A stretch of 57,629 nucleotides of DNA from Bacteroidales bacterium (GTDB taxonomy: Bacteria > Bacteroidota > Bacteroidia > Bacteroidales > VadinHA17), in NCBI GenBank assembly GCA_034004335.1, contig JAVEWX010000003.1, positions 1 through 57,629 of the forward strand, in the 5' to 3' direction. The position numbers and the translations under genes are program-made. This document shows positions 48,101 to 55,784 of this stretch, in pieces. The notes under the pieces are model-generated. The model was given only the letters and a program-made list of their open reading frames with translations. It was not told the origin of the DNA and searched no databases. The number at the start of each line of letters is the position of its first letter. Positions within the stretch are counted from its first letter, which is position 1.

Positions 48101-48391
48101 ATCGTGTGCAATATTCTCTCCCATCAGAAACCTGAACTTCCAGTCGGGCCTCAGAAAAGCTCCATCCCGTTTACCAAGGTTATGACCCAGGTGGAAGTCG
48201 AAGGCGCCTCCCTTTGAGTTAAGCAGGTCCGACCCCTGGTATGTGGTTCCCACACCGAAGCCAATAATGAGACCTCCGTTGGTGGTAAATACTGCCTTTT
48301 GTGCATCTGCTCCGGTGAAAGTGAAAAGCACCACTGCAGCGATGACGAAAAAGTGTCTGGCTGGTTTAATCATTTTTTCAGACTTTATCAT
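45134..48391 (-). CDS. Large envelope protein: signal peptide, N-terminal OMP-like beta-barrel domain, Pro-rich linker, seven Ig-like repeats of ~90 aa, and a C-terminal Cys-containing domain
   Basis: 1085 aa. The signal peptide ends GADAQ. Residues ~30-260 have alternating beta-strand patterning and end TTLGLRWNL. The linker is PVQEPRPVVTVPPPVV. Each of the seven repeats contains the pattern V.N......I...(L/V)NG.....F.(F/Y) ... G.N.(I/L).(I/V).A.N..G. Repeats 4-7 add NECG and PC cysteines. The last ~145 aa are unique. An alternative start is at 48373. Confidence 0.75.
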   Translation of the reverse strand: MIKSEKMIKPARHFFVIAAVVLFTFTGADAQKAVFTTNGGLIIGFGVGTTYQGSDLLNSKGGAFDFHLGHNLGKRDGAFLRPDWKFRFLMGENIAHDHRINPDNTFSNIRYDYFSYDFEIGLTLNRLRERTRIVLSGFAGAGITHGRTFTDLYDENGLLYDYSVIDPSQIRAKVYADLLELSDREYETRLGNRAALMPTAGFYLGYQFSRSFSLGIEHKTIFSLTEHNSFSGINIDNRVMPETRKDRNHYTTLGLRWNLGGGGTGRRFTDRIYTRPSQPVTNVTPVQEPRPVVTVPPPVVEIVTPSQSPYASRSESVEITAQVRNVRSRQNIRVQLNGTATEFEYNQATGILRSTLNLREGSNSLIITGSNEAGRATGNATINYVRPIRPPLPEIRFINPPSPVTVQDNTFRISARTLNVGSWNDITLKINGTGTSNFSFTEDGIISMNIGLTEGPNTVEISGRNEAGTATESTTITYTRPAKPVPPVVSFTLPAVSPYKTYESNTEIRAAVSNVTGKENITFILNGRTSDNFRYDQPSGTVIATINLNEGENIITINARNLAGQASGSQAIIKETRPCPVPVLRITDPAGSNVSTVVATYTFRAEAGNITSGNQLEVTLNGKAITDFNFTGTAIVVEASLAAGANILTIAATNECGAQRARATVTYTPPVIDDKPCPAPTVTASISAVDREDATHELRGRVTNARGRSDITITVNGNADQGFTFDQGTGAITSVYRFSPGSYNIVVTVKNECGTDTRTLSVAVEQPCVPPVIDCSVNAVNRTDATHELKGRVTNARGRSDITITVNGNADQGFTFDQGTGAITSVYRFSPGSYNIVVTVENECGTDTRTLSVAVEQPCVPPVISYRISSVERADATHELRGTVTNVSARNNITLKVNGKDDTSFRFTTSNGEVVAALKLVPGLNNILVTARNECGIDSKPDTVVIREEKPCGPRINPGNAAWQFCLITPSGTFNRDSLSRTSFSYSGPASSLFFMPIAGGGDAMVKGKPYSLRPGQYYLFTGNMTVTISTKNQGSLGQWSVCINADKEPVFGSGNNRPKSPCEPVQDTVKPDTLNANQRRVIKK
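45801..46330. repeat. Near-identical in-frame tandem duplication (273-bp period) inside the large envelope-protein gene
   Basis: 45801-46057 and 46074-46330 align base-for-base, with three single-base differences by eye over the first ~230 bp and more divergence in the last ~20-25 bp. They encode Ig-like repeats 6 and 5. Confidence 0.9.
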
Positions 48392-48535
48392 GGTCTATTT
48401 ATATGCTAAAGTTAGGAAAAAAACAATATTGAAGTTTGCCGTCATCAATGGCAGCTCTGAAGTACACCCGATGCGTCGGGTATAAATCTCAGGTTACTGA
48501 TAAAAAGTATTTTTGACTTTCCTGATTCAATATCA

Positions 48536-48543
48536 TAACTTTG
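48536..48543 (+). promoter_or_regulatory. Bacteroidota -7-type promoter box (TAACTTTG)
   Basis: Exact TAnnTTTG match upstream of the 48572/48596 starts. A second match, TATTTTTG, lies at 48508-48515. Confidence 0.3.
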
Positions 48544-48595
48544 ATATAATCATTTAAAGTACTTTTTATCAATGGGATTAATAATACCGGAAAGT

Positions 48596-49747
48596 ATGAA
48601 AAGGTTAATCTTGTTATTGGTTTCAGTAGTCGCATCGGCTGCTGTTTTGGCACAGGTGCCCGTTAAGATGAGTTACCAGGCGGTAATAAGGGATGTAAGC
48701 AATGTTCTGGTAAGTAATCAGACCATCGGAATAAAGGTCAGTATTTTACGTGAACCTTTAAGTGAAATCATCCTTTACTCCGAAACCCAGACCCCAACTA
48801 CAAATGCCAATGGTTTGATGAGCATTGAATTCGGAGGGATGGAACTGTTTTCATCAATTGACTGGTGGAATCCTCCATTTTATCTTCGTACCGAAATCGA
48901 CCCTGCCGGCGGAACAAATTATACGATATCAGGTACAAGCCAGTTATTAAGCGTCCCGTACTCATTCGTTTCAGCAATTTCTGATATATCCAGGAGCGTT
49001 ATTCTTCCGGGTTCAGAGAAACAGCTGATCTTTAATGATGCCGACAACCTCGGATCTGACCCTGAACTGGTTTACGACAAGACTTCCAACCACATGGCAA
49101 TCGGAAGCTCAACTGTCAATCCAAATGCTGTGCTCGACCTTAAATCAACTTCTGGGGCATTGCTTCTTCCCAGGATGACCAGTATGCAGAGGGACGCCCT
49201 GACTACGGAAGAGGGAATGATCATCTACAACATCGAGACCAGGAAATTCCAGGGTTGTATTGGAATTCCCGCTTCAAGTGCCTACGGTAACATTGATGTT
49301 AATACTTCGTATGGCAATGGACTGGGTGAAAATGCAGGACATCATGTCTTTAACCCACCGGAGGGTGGTATCATTGACTCAATACAGCTATGGATATCCG
49401 CCAACCAGACTGCAATATCCACCACCATCTCAGTATATAACGACAGGAACACCGGCTGCGGTGGCAACCCTGTAAACCTTGGAACCTCCGGCACATTAAC
49501 CGTGAAACCGGGGGAATGGAATACATTCATTTTTGAGACTCCGGTAAGAGTAAATACAGGGATTAAGTACCATATATGGTCCGCCGCTGTTTTATCAATA
49601 GATGGAGCTGACAACAATCCTGAAAATACTGTTACTGACTGGTATGAAGGAAGTGTTATGGATCTTTGCTCATACAATACCTATGACAGACCGGTAAGGA
49701 TATTCCTGAGAGCGGGTGGATGGGTCGACTTGAACCTGACAGATTAG
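48596..49747 (+). CDS. Secreted modular protein of unknown function
   Basis: I use the ATG at 48596, which gives the signal peptide MKRLILLLVSVVASAAVLAQ. The N-terminal module is KMSYQAVIRD ... YSETQTPTTNANGLMSIEFGG. The central motif is LDLKSTSGALLLPRMTSMQRDAL ... GMIIYN. The C-terminal ~150 aa are unique. Confidence 0.6.
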   Translation: MKRLILLLVSVVASAAVLAQVPVKMSYQAVIRDVSNVLVSNQTIGIKVSILREPLSEIILYSETQTPTTNANGLMSIEFGGMELFSSIDWWNPPFYLRTEIDPAGGTNYTISGTSQLLSVPYSFVSAISDISRSVILPGSEKQLIFNDADNLGSDPELVYDKTSNHMAIGSSTVNPNAVLDLKSTSGALLLPRMTSMQRDALTTEEGMIIYNIETRKFQGCIGIPASSAYGNIDVNTSYGNGLGENAGHHVFNPPEGGIIDSIQLWISANQTAISTTISVYNDRNTGCGGNPVNLGTSGTLTVKPGEWNTFIFETPVRVNTGIKYHIWSAAVLSIDGADNNPENTVTDWYEGSVMDLCSYNTYDRPVRIFLRAGGWVDLNLTD

Positions 49748-49784
49748 GAAACAATAAATCCCTGCCGGAAGAATTTCTTTAAAA

Positions 49785-49810
49785 CTGTACCTGATATTCT
49801 TCAGGTACAG
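49785..49810 (+). terminator. Perfect 10-bp stem-loop downstream of the 48596-49747 gene
   Basis: ctgtacctga (49785-49794) pairs with tcaggtacag (49801-49810) around a 6-nt loop. No clear T-run follows. Confidence 0.45.
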
Positions 49811-49993
49811 GTAGTCTCGTCAATGATATAAAACATTGGCCAGGCTTACAGGGCGATAAGTGCCGGAGCAACAGTTACTGCTGATTCAATTCCGTAAAGA
49901 TTTTGAACCATGCATATATCTGAATGACCAGATAAATGCTGCATAATATTATAAATAGCTATAAATCTCATACTCCCAATCAGAATGGAAATA

Positions 49994-50001
49994 TATCTTT
50001 G
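49994..50001 (+). promoter_or_regulatory. Bacteroidota -7-type promoter box (TATCTTTG)
   Basis: Exact TAnnTTTG match, 21 nt upstream of the ATG at 50022. Confidence 0.35.
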
Positions 50002-50021
50002 ATGTCTCAATTTTGTATGCA

Positions 50022-51233
50022 ATGAGAATCCTTTTTTCCCTGGTACTCCTGTTACAGTTTGTTACATCATTGTCGCTTTCCGGTCAGCAGCTATTTTATC
50101 AGAAGGGCGTCCTTGACCTTCCCAATGAAGGAAAAATGAAGGGCGAACTCTGGTTTGTAACTGAAAATGACAGTACGACTGCTGTATATTATCGAAAACA
50201 CTCAACCCATTATCCTATAAGATATGGTGCTGATGAGGTTGTCTCATTTAACCTGCTGGTCCAGAGCAAGAGATTTGTTTCTGTTCCGCTGGAGACACCG
50301 TCCGGTGTCAGAAGACATTTTGCGGAGATGCTTTATGACGGTGTTTACAAACTGCTTCTCATAACCTTCGGGACGGAAAATGTATACTATCTGGCTGATA
50401 ATTCAGGCAACATCACCAGACTGGTGAATACATACCTAATGCCTGAAGCAGGAAACAATTTTAAAATCATTTACAACAATGAATACAGGCCTGACCTGGT
50501 GAGAATATTCAGTGATATGCCGGCGATTGAAAGCCGGGTCCAGGATCTTGAGTATAACCGTAAATCGCTGACGTCGCTGATTGAGGAATATCATGAAATA
50601 AATAACTTGCCGGGCATTGCCTACCCAATTCAAAAGAGAGGATTTTCTGCCGTGGCTTCTGCTGGCTTTGCCGGCTACAGGTCTGCTGAGGGTATTGACG
50701 GCAGTGTTGAGTTTGGAACTACCCTGGCATATGTTGGTGTTGCGGGGGAACTCTTTTCGATCAGCAAGCCAGTATTCGGAAATGTAGGATTTTCACTTTT
50801 TAAAGGTTATCAGCAGAAGGATCTGGGTGGACAGGAGATCTTTGATTATATTATTTATACAGAGCTGATCTCCAGGAGCTTGTTGGCGCGCATTGATGCC
50901 GGTGTCGGTTTTCGTTTTCTAAGGAGTTCCAGGATAACTCCCTTTATTCAGGCGGGTGGAGAGCACTATCTCTATCTTGCCTACGAAAGGGAAAATATTC
51001 AGGAGCTGCTCGACAACGAAAATGACATTATGGTTACCAATATAACTACTCTGAATGAGAAGCCTGGCAGCTTCAGTGCCATCCGTTTCGGACCCGGCAT
51101 TGACTACACTATAAATAAGAGGTCCTCTGTCAGGTGTGGTGCCTCATATCATTATTTCATCAAACAGAGCAGTGAATCCGTAATGAAGAATGGGATTGAT
51201 TTTACTGTCTCTTTTATCTTTAAGGTTAAGTGA
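50022..51233 (+). CDS. Outer-membrane beta-barrel protein with an N-terminal soluble domain of ~200 aa
   Basis: I use the ATG at 50022, which gives the signal peptide MRILFSLVLLLQFVTSLSLSGQ. The C-terminal ~200 aa show alternating hydrophobic beta patterning rich in G/Y/F (AVASAGFAGYRSA ... GVGFRFL ... GIDYTI ... FTVSFIFKVK). Confidence 0.55.
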   Translation: MRILFSLVLLLQFVTSLSLSGQQLFYQKGVLDLPNEGKMKGELWFVTENDSTTAVYYRKHSTHYPIRYGADEVVSFNLLVQSKRFVSVPLETPSGVRRHFAEMLYDGVYKLLLITFGTENVYYLADNSGNITRLVNTYLMPEAGNNFKIIYNNEYRPDLVRIFSDMPAIESRVQDLEYNRKSLTSLIEEYHEINNLPGIAYPIQKRGFSAVASAGFAGYRSAEGIDGSVEFGTTLAYVGVAGELFSISKPVFGNVGFSLFKGYQQKDLGGQEIFDYIIYTELISRSLLARIDAGVGFRFLRSSRITPFIQAGGEHYLYLAYERENIQELLDNENDIMVTNITTLNEKPGSFSAIRFGPGIDYTINKRSSVRCGASYHYFIKQSSESVMKNGIDFTVSFIFKVK

Positions 51234-51237
51234 AACC

Positions 51238-53274
51238 ATGAACACCAGGGCAGCAGTATTTTCCATCCTTATCATTCTGGCAGCAGGCTGGTGGGGATGT
51301 ACCAAAGAGGCAGAAAGGGAATTTGCACGTATCAGAACACTGGATGTAACCAGGGTGGATGCTTCAGGAGCCGTCCTGAACGGATTGATATCTAACTATA
51401 GTGATCACAATATATTGGAATGCGGCTTTCTCATCTACAGCAGAGATCCCGCCTCCGGCGGATATCTCGGATCACTGACCGGTGAACCGGATAATAATGG
51501 CAGTTTCAGTGTCAGAATTGAATTGGGCATGTTCAAGGATACAAGGTATTACTTCATGGCTTATGCCATATCCGGGGGCATAACATCAGTTGGAAATGTA
51601 AACAGTTTCATCAGCGGGGGAGCAATGAGCCCGCAGGTAAAGGGTTTTCAACCCTTAAGTGCATCTCACTTCGACACGATTGTTATAGAACTGAATAAGA
51701 ACCTGGGAGCCCTTGACGGCCTTGAGGCTGAATTTGATGATCATCCGGCAAAGTTGGTGGATTTCCGGGATAACTTGTTAAGGGTCCTTGTCCCGTCAGG
51801 ATTGGATAGCAAAAGCAGCACAATTAATCTGACATACAGATCTTCAACCTCATCAGCAGGTGAAAAATTCGAGCTTCTTTCTCCTGTTATCAACTATCTG
51901 TCCGGGTATGAGGCGTATCCCGGAGAGGTAATTACTATTGCAGGTAATTATTTTCATCCCCTGCCATCTTGTAACATCGTGAAGTTCAATAATATTCAGT
52001 CCGAAGTAGTCAGCAGCTCAAAGACAGAACTCAGGGTCAGGGTCCCCGACACCGGAAACGAAAATAACACGGTGACGGTTACTGTTGCAGGCCAGGTGGC
52101 TACTGCCCCGGAGTTGTTTCTCATCCCCACACCCTCCATCATTTCGTTCTCAAAAAATGAAGCCTTCCCCGGGGAAATTATCAGCATCTACGGACCGAAT
52201 TTCCATGAGGTCAGGGACAACAACACTGTCAGATTCAACGGAACCATAGCAGTAATAATGAAAGCCACACAAACCAGGCTCGATGTTATGGTCCCCAACA
52301 TGGAAAGTTCTGATTGCATCGTAACCGTTACCGTGCTGGGACAGACAGCTGAAGCACCCGGAACCTTTAAAATACTTGCCAGACCCGTTGCCTGGCAAAG
52401 AATGGCTGACTTCACAGGTGGCAACATATATAAGATGGCCTCATTTGTGATAGGTAATTATGCCTACATGGGGGTAGGTACCTACATTAATCATAATTAT
52501 AACTTGAAATTCTGGAAATATGATCCTTCCGGTGACAGTTATTCTGAGGTTGCTCCCTTCCCCGGTCCGACGAGGGTTGAACCCCGGTCATTCTCGATAG
52601 ATGGAATAGGGTATGTAGGTGGAGGTTTTGATCTTGACAACTCAAGCAGGACAGCCCTCAGGGATTTTTATAAATACAATCCGGGAACCAATACCTGGAC
52701 TCTTATTGATCCCTACCCGGGTGATCTTTCCAATATTTTTCTGGGTCTTTCAGCCGTTGTAGGCTCAAAGGCATATATATCATCCACCCCGACAGATTTC
52801 TATTCCTTCGAACCATCAACGGGCACATGGACCCAACTAACTGTGCCCGCAACGGGACTATACTCCCATACCGGAACGTTTGTAATTGGCAATACTATTT
52901 ACTTTGTGTGCGGTCAGAGAAGCGATGGTACTTCTGTGAATGAATTGTGGTCGTATGACGTTCTTACAGGGAACTGGTCGCGGAAGGCTGATTTCCCGGG
53001 ACAGGCAAGGAAGGGAGGATATGGATTTTCAATAGGGGATAATGGTTTCTACGGATTTGGACTGGTAGGAGCAACTTCAGTACTCAAGGACATGTGGATT
53101 TATGATCCCTCTGTTGATAACTGGACTATGTATTTAAATGATTTCCCCGGTACCGCAAGGGTAGCAGGATTCGCGGTGGTTGTTGATGGCAAGGCTTATA
53201 TCGGATGTGGTTTCCAGTCTGTAAATTCCCTTGCAAGGGACGTGTACCGGTTCGATGCCGGGTTCCTTCAATAA
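51238..53274 (+). CDS. Lipoprotein with an Fn3-like domain, three IPT/TIG domains and a C-terminal Kelch-type beta-propeller
   Basis: I use the ATG at 51238, 4 nt after the upstream stop. The lipobox is AAGWWGC. IPT/TIG-type segments are present (YPGEVITIAGNYF ... VKFNN ... ELRVRVPD; FPGEIISIYGPNF ... VRFNG ... RLDVMVPN). The C-terminal ~300 aa carry repeated G..Y..GG/W Kelch-like blades. Confidence 0.7.
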   Translation: MNTRAAVFSILIILAAGWWGCTKEAEREFARIRTLDVTRVDASGAVLNGLISNYSDHNILECGFLIYSRDPASGGYLGSLTGEPDNNGSFSVRIELGMFKDTRYYFMAYAISGGITSVGNVNSFISGGAMSPQVKGFQPLSASHFDTIVIELNKNLGALDGLEAEFDDHPAKLVDFRDNLLRVLVPSGLDSKSSTINLTYRSSTSSAGEKFELLSPVINYLSGYEAYPGEVITIAGNYFHPLPSCNIVKFNNIQSEVVSSSKTELRVRVPDTGNENNTVTVTVAGQVATAPELFLIPTPSIISFSKNEAFPGEIISIYGPNFHEVRDNNTVRFNGTIAVIMKATQTRLDVMVPNMESSDCIVTVTVLGQTAEAPGTFKILARPVAWQRMADFTGGNIYKMASFVIGNYAYMGVGTYINHNYNLKFWKYDPSGDSYSEVAPFPGPTRVEPRSFSIDGIGYVGGGFDLDNSSRTALRDFYKYNPGTNTWTLIDPYPGDLSNIFLGLSAVVGSKAYISSTPTDFYSFEPSTGTWTQLTVPATGLYSHTGTFVIGNTIYFVCGQRSDGTSVNELWSYDVLTGNWSRKADFPGQARKGGYGFSIGDNGFYGFGLVGATSVLKDMWIYDPSVDNWTMYLNDFPGTARVAGFAVVVDGKAYIGCGFQSVNSLARDVYRFDAGFLQ

Positions 53275-53346
53275 TGCCGATTATACGAACCCTAATTGTC
53301 TCAATAACAAATATCTTCGTAATTTTATCGCGCATATGCGGTATTA

Positions 53347-54108
53347 ATGAATGAAATAGACATCAGGTTCTACGAAGAGCTTAATGATTTTCTTCCACAG
53401 GAGAGGCGTAAGGTAACCTTCCACCACAGGTTCAACGGTAATCCATCGGTCAAGCACGTTATTGAGTCACTGGGAGTTCCTCATGTGGAAGTCGACCTGG
53501 TACTCATCAACGGGATTTCCGTGGATTTTTCCTGCAGGCTCAGGGATGGGGACAGGGTTTCGGTCTATCCAATGTTTGAGTCGCTCGATATTCGACCCCT
53601 TCAGCGATTACGGAGCGAACCCCTTAGGGTTGTCAGGTTCATCGCCGACAGTCACCTGGGCAGGCTGGCAAGGCACCTAAGGTTACTTGGGTTCGATACC
53701 CTGTGGGAAGTCGACTACAGTGACCCTGAAATAGTGGAGCTGGCAGAGAGGGAGAAAAGGATAATTCTTACATGCGACAGGGAAATGCTTAAGAACGGCC
53801 GTGTCACGCACGGTTACTGGATAAGGTCGGCAAATCCTGAGGCGCAGCTGAAAGAGGTGCTGGTGCGTTTCGACATCAGGAACCCGCAGACTCTTTTTAC
53901 CCGTTGCCTGGAATGCAATACACCGCTTGAAACGGTTAACAAGGAGGATATTGATTACAGGCTGGAACCACTTACCCGTAAGTATTATTCCGATTTCAGG
54001 CATTGCCGCGATTGCGACCGCATCTACTGGAAAGGCTCGCATTATGAGAGACTCCTGAAATTTGCAGAGGATATGCTGGCTTCACTCAGCCCTCCCTCTG
54101 TCAGGTAA
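53347..54108 (+). CDS. Mut7-C RNase domain protein (PIN-like plus zinc ribbon) with N-terminal ubiquitin-like beta-grasp domain
   Basis: 253 aa. The N-terminal part is MoaD/ThiS-like (DGDRVSVYP). The core is RFIADSHLGRLARHLRLLGFD ... IILTCD. The zinc-ribbon cysteines are CLECN ... CRDCDRIYWKGSHY. Confidence 0.7.
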   Translation: MNEIDIRFYEELNDFLPQERRKVTFHHRFNGNPSVKHVIESLGVPHVEVDLVLINGISVDFSCRLRDGDRVSVYPMFESLDIRPLQRLRSEPLRVVRFIADSHLGRLARHLRLLGFDTLWEVDYSDPEIVELAEREKRIILTCDREMLKNGRVTHGYWIRSANPEAQLKEVLVRFDIRNPQTLFTRCLECNTPLETVNKEDIDYRLEPLTRKYYSDFRHCRDCDRIYWKGSHYERLLKFAEDMLASLSPPSVR

Positions 54109-54283
54109 ACAACTTATATTTTCGCCCTCTTTCCAGCCTTTTTCGACAAGCTTTTCAATAGCATCATCACATTTGCTAACCTGATGATGCGTAACCATAA
54201 CCAATGTCAGATATGTGAGTCCTTGCGGGCAAATAATGACAGATTTTATAAGCAATAATTATCTATCTTTGCGACTTTCACAG

Positions 54284-55597
54284 ATGGTGGACAGGCCTGA
54301 AAAGCTTACATACAGGAAGATATTCTTATTCTGGGTACCGCTGGCACTCACCTGGCTGATGATGTCAATTGAGCAGCCCATCCTCATTGCCTTTATTGCC
54401 CGTCTCGATGATGCCAAATTCAACCTTGCAGCCTTTGGTATTGCGGGTTCATTTGCAATGATCATTGAGGCCCCGGTGATAATGCTTATGAGCGCCTCCA
54501 CTGCGCTGGTCAGGGGTCGCCATTCATACCGGAAGCTCAGAAGATTCACAGACATCCTTAATGCAGTCATTACCGCCATACAGCTCGTTATACTCATTCC
54601 CCCGGTTTTCAGGTTTATAGTCATTGACCTGATGGATGTCCCGGAGGAGGTTGCCAGGCTCGCCCACGTTGCTCTTTTCATATTCCTTCCCTGGGCTGCT
54701 TCCATCGGTTACAGGAGGTTCTTCCAGGGCATCCTCATCAGACACAACCTTACAAGGAAGGTGACTTACGGTACAACGGTAAGGCTGGTGGTTATCGTGG
54801 TGGTGGGATTGCTGCTATATACTGCCGGGGTAAATGGAGCCTATGTAGGTGCAGGTGCAATGTCGCTGGCCGTCCTCCTTGAGGCAGTCGCAACCCGGCT
54901 TATGGCAGATCGTACCATTAAGTCACTGCTTAAGAAGGAAGATGCTGAGAACGGTGGCATGAGATTAAGATCAATATCAAAATTCTACTACCCGCTCGCC
55001 CTTACCTCCGTATTGTCACTGGGGGTGCATCCCTTTGTTACCTTCTTCCTGGGAAGGAGCCATATGGCAGTCGAATCACTTGCTGTTCTACCTGTTGTTA
55101 ACTCACTGGTATTTCTCTTCCGTAGTCCGGGACTCTCTTTCCAGGAGGTTAACATAGCCCTGATAGGGGAAAGGAAGGAGAACTTCTGCAGGTTGCGGAA
55201 CTTTGCCCTGTACCTTGGTGTTGCGGTTACTGTCCTGATCTCAGTTCTGGCTTTTACCCCACTGGCTGATCTCTGGTTTATCAAGATTTCCGGGTTGAGT
55301 ACCGAGCTTGCCGGACTTTCATATCTTCCGCTGAAGATAATGATACTCCTGCCTGCACTTACAGTCCTGCTTAACTACCAGAGAGCCACTCTCATAATAA
55401 AAGGCAATACCGGACCCATCTCCGTAGCAACGGCAGTCGAGCTTGTATCGATAATCGTAGTATTGCTTGTCTGTGTTGTTTTCCTGAATCTTATAGGGGT
55501 TGTTGCTGCAGCACTGGCTTTCATGGCCGGTAAGAGCATGTCAAATATCTACCTGTTGCCCGGGGTGATAAAAACAGTGAAAGGATGGAACCGTTAA
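54284..55597 (+). CDS. Polytopic membrane protein, MOP (MATE / polysaccharide flippase-like) superfamily
   Basis: About 437 aa from the ATG at 54284. The listed ORF starts at GTG 54215. About 12 predicted TM helices in two halves. The family call rests only on topology, size and an N-terminal FWVPLALTWLMM-type segment. Confidence 0.45.
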   Translation: MVDRPEKLTYRKIFLFWVPLALTWLMMSIEQPILIAFIARLDDAKFNLAAFGIAGSFAMIIEAPVIMLMSASTALVRGRHSYRKLRRFTDILNAVITAIQLVILIPPVFRFIVIDLMDVPEEVARLAHVALFIFLPWAASIGYRRFFQGILIRHNLTRKVTYGTTVRLVVIVVVGLLLYTAGVNGAYVGAGAMSLAVLLEAVATRLMADRTIKSLLKKEDAENGGMRLRSISKFYYPLALTSVLSLGVHPFVTFFLGRSHMAVESLAVLPVVNSLVFLFRSPGLSFQEVNIALIGERKENFCRLRNFALYLGVAVTVLISVLAFTPLADLWFIKISGLSTELAGLSYLPLKIMILLPALTVLLNYQRATLIIKGNTGPISVATAVELVSIIVVLLVCVVFLNLIGVVAAALAFMAGKSMSNIYLLPGVIKTVKGWNR

Positions 55598-55784
55598 GGA
55601 AAAGAATGATTGATCATTTTCAGTGGCATCTTAACATTGCTTAACGGTATCCGTTCATGATTTTTTCCTAACTTAACCCATTATTCTGATGATATCCGAG
55701 CCATACTTTCTGGCGCAGATACGTTATCTTACATAAAACCGGATAGGTTCCATAATCGAAGAATTAACTTAATAAACCTGCATT

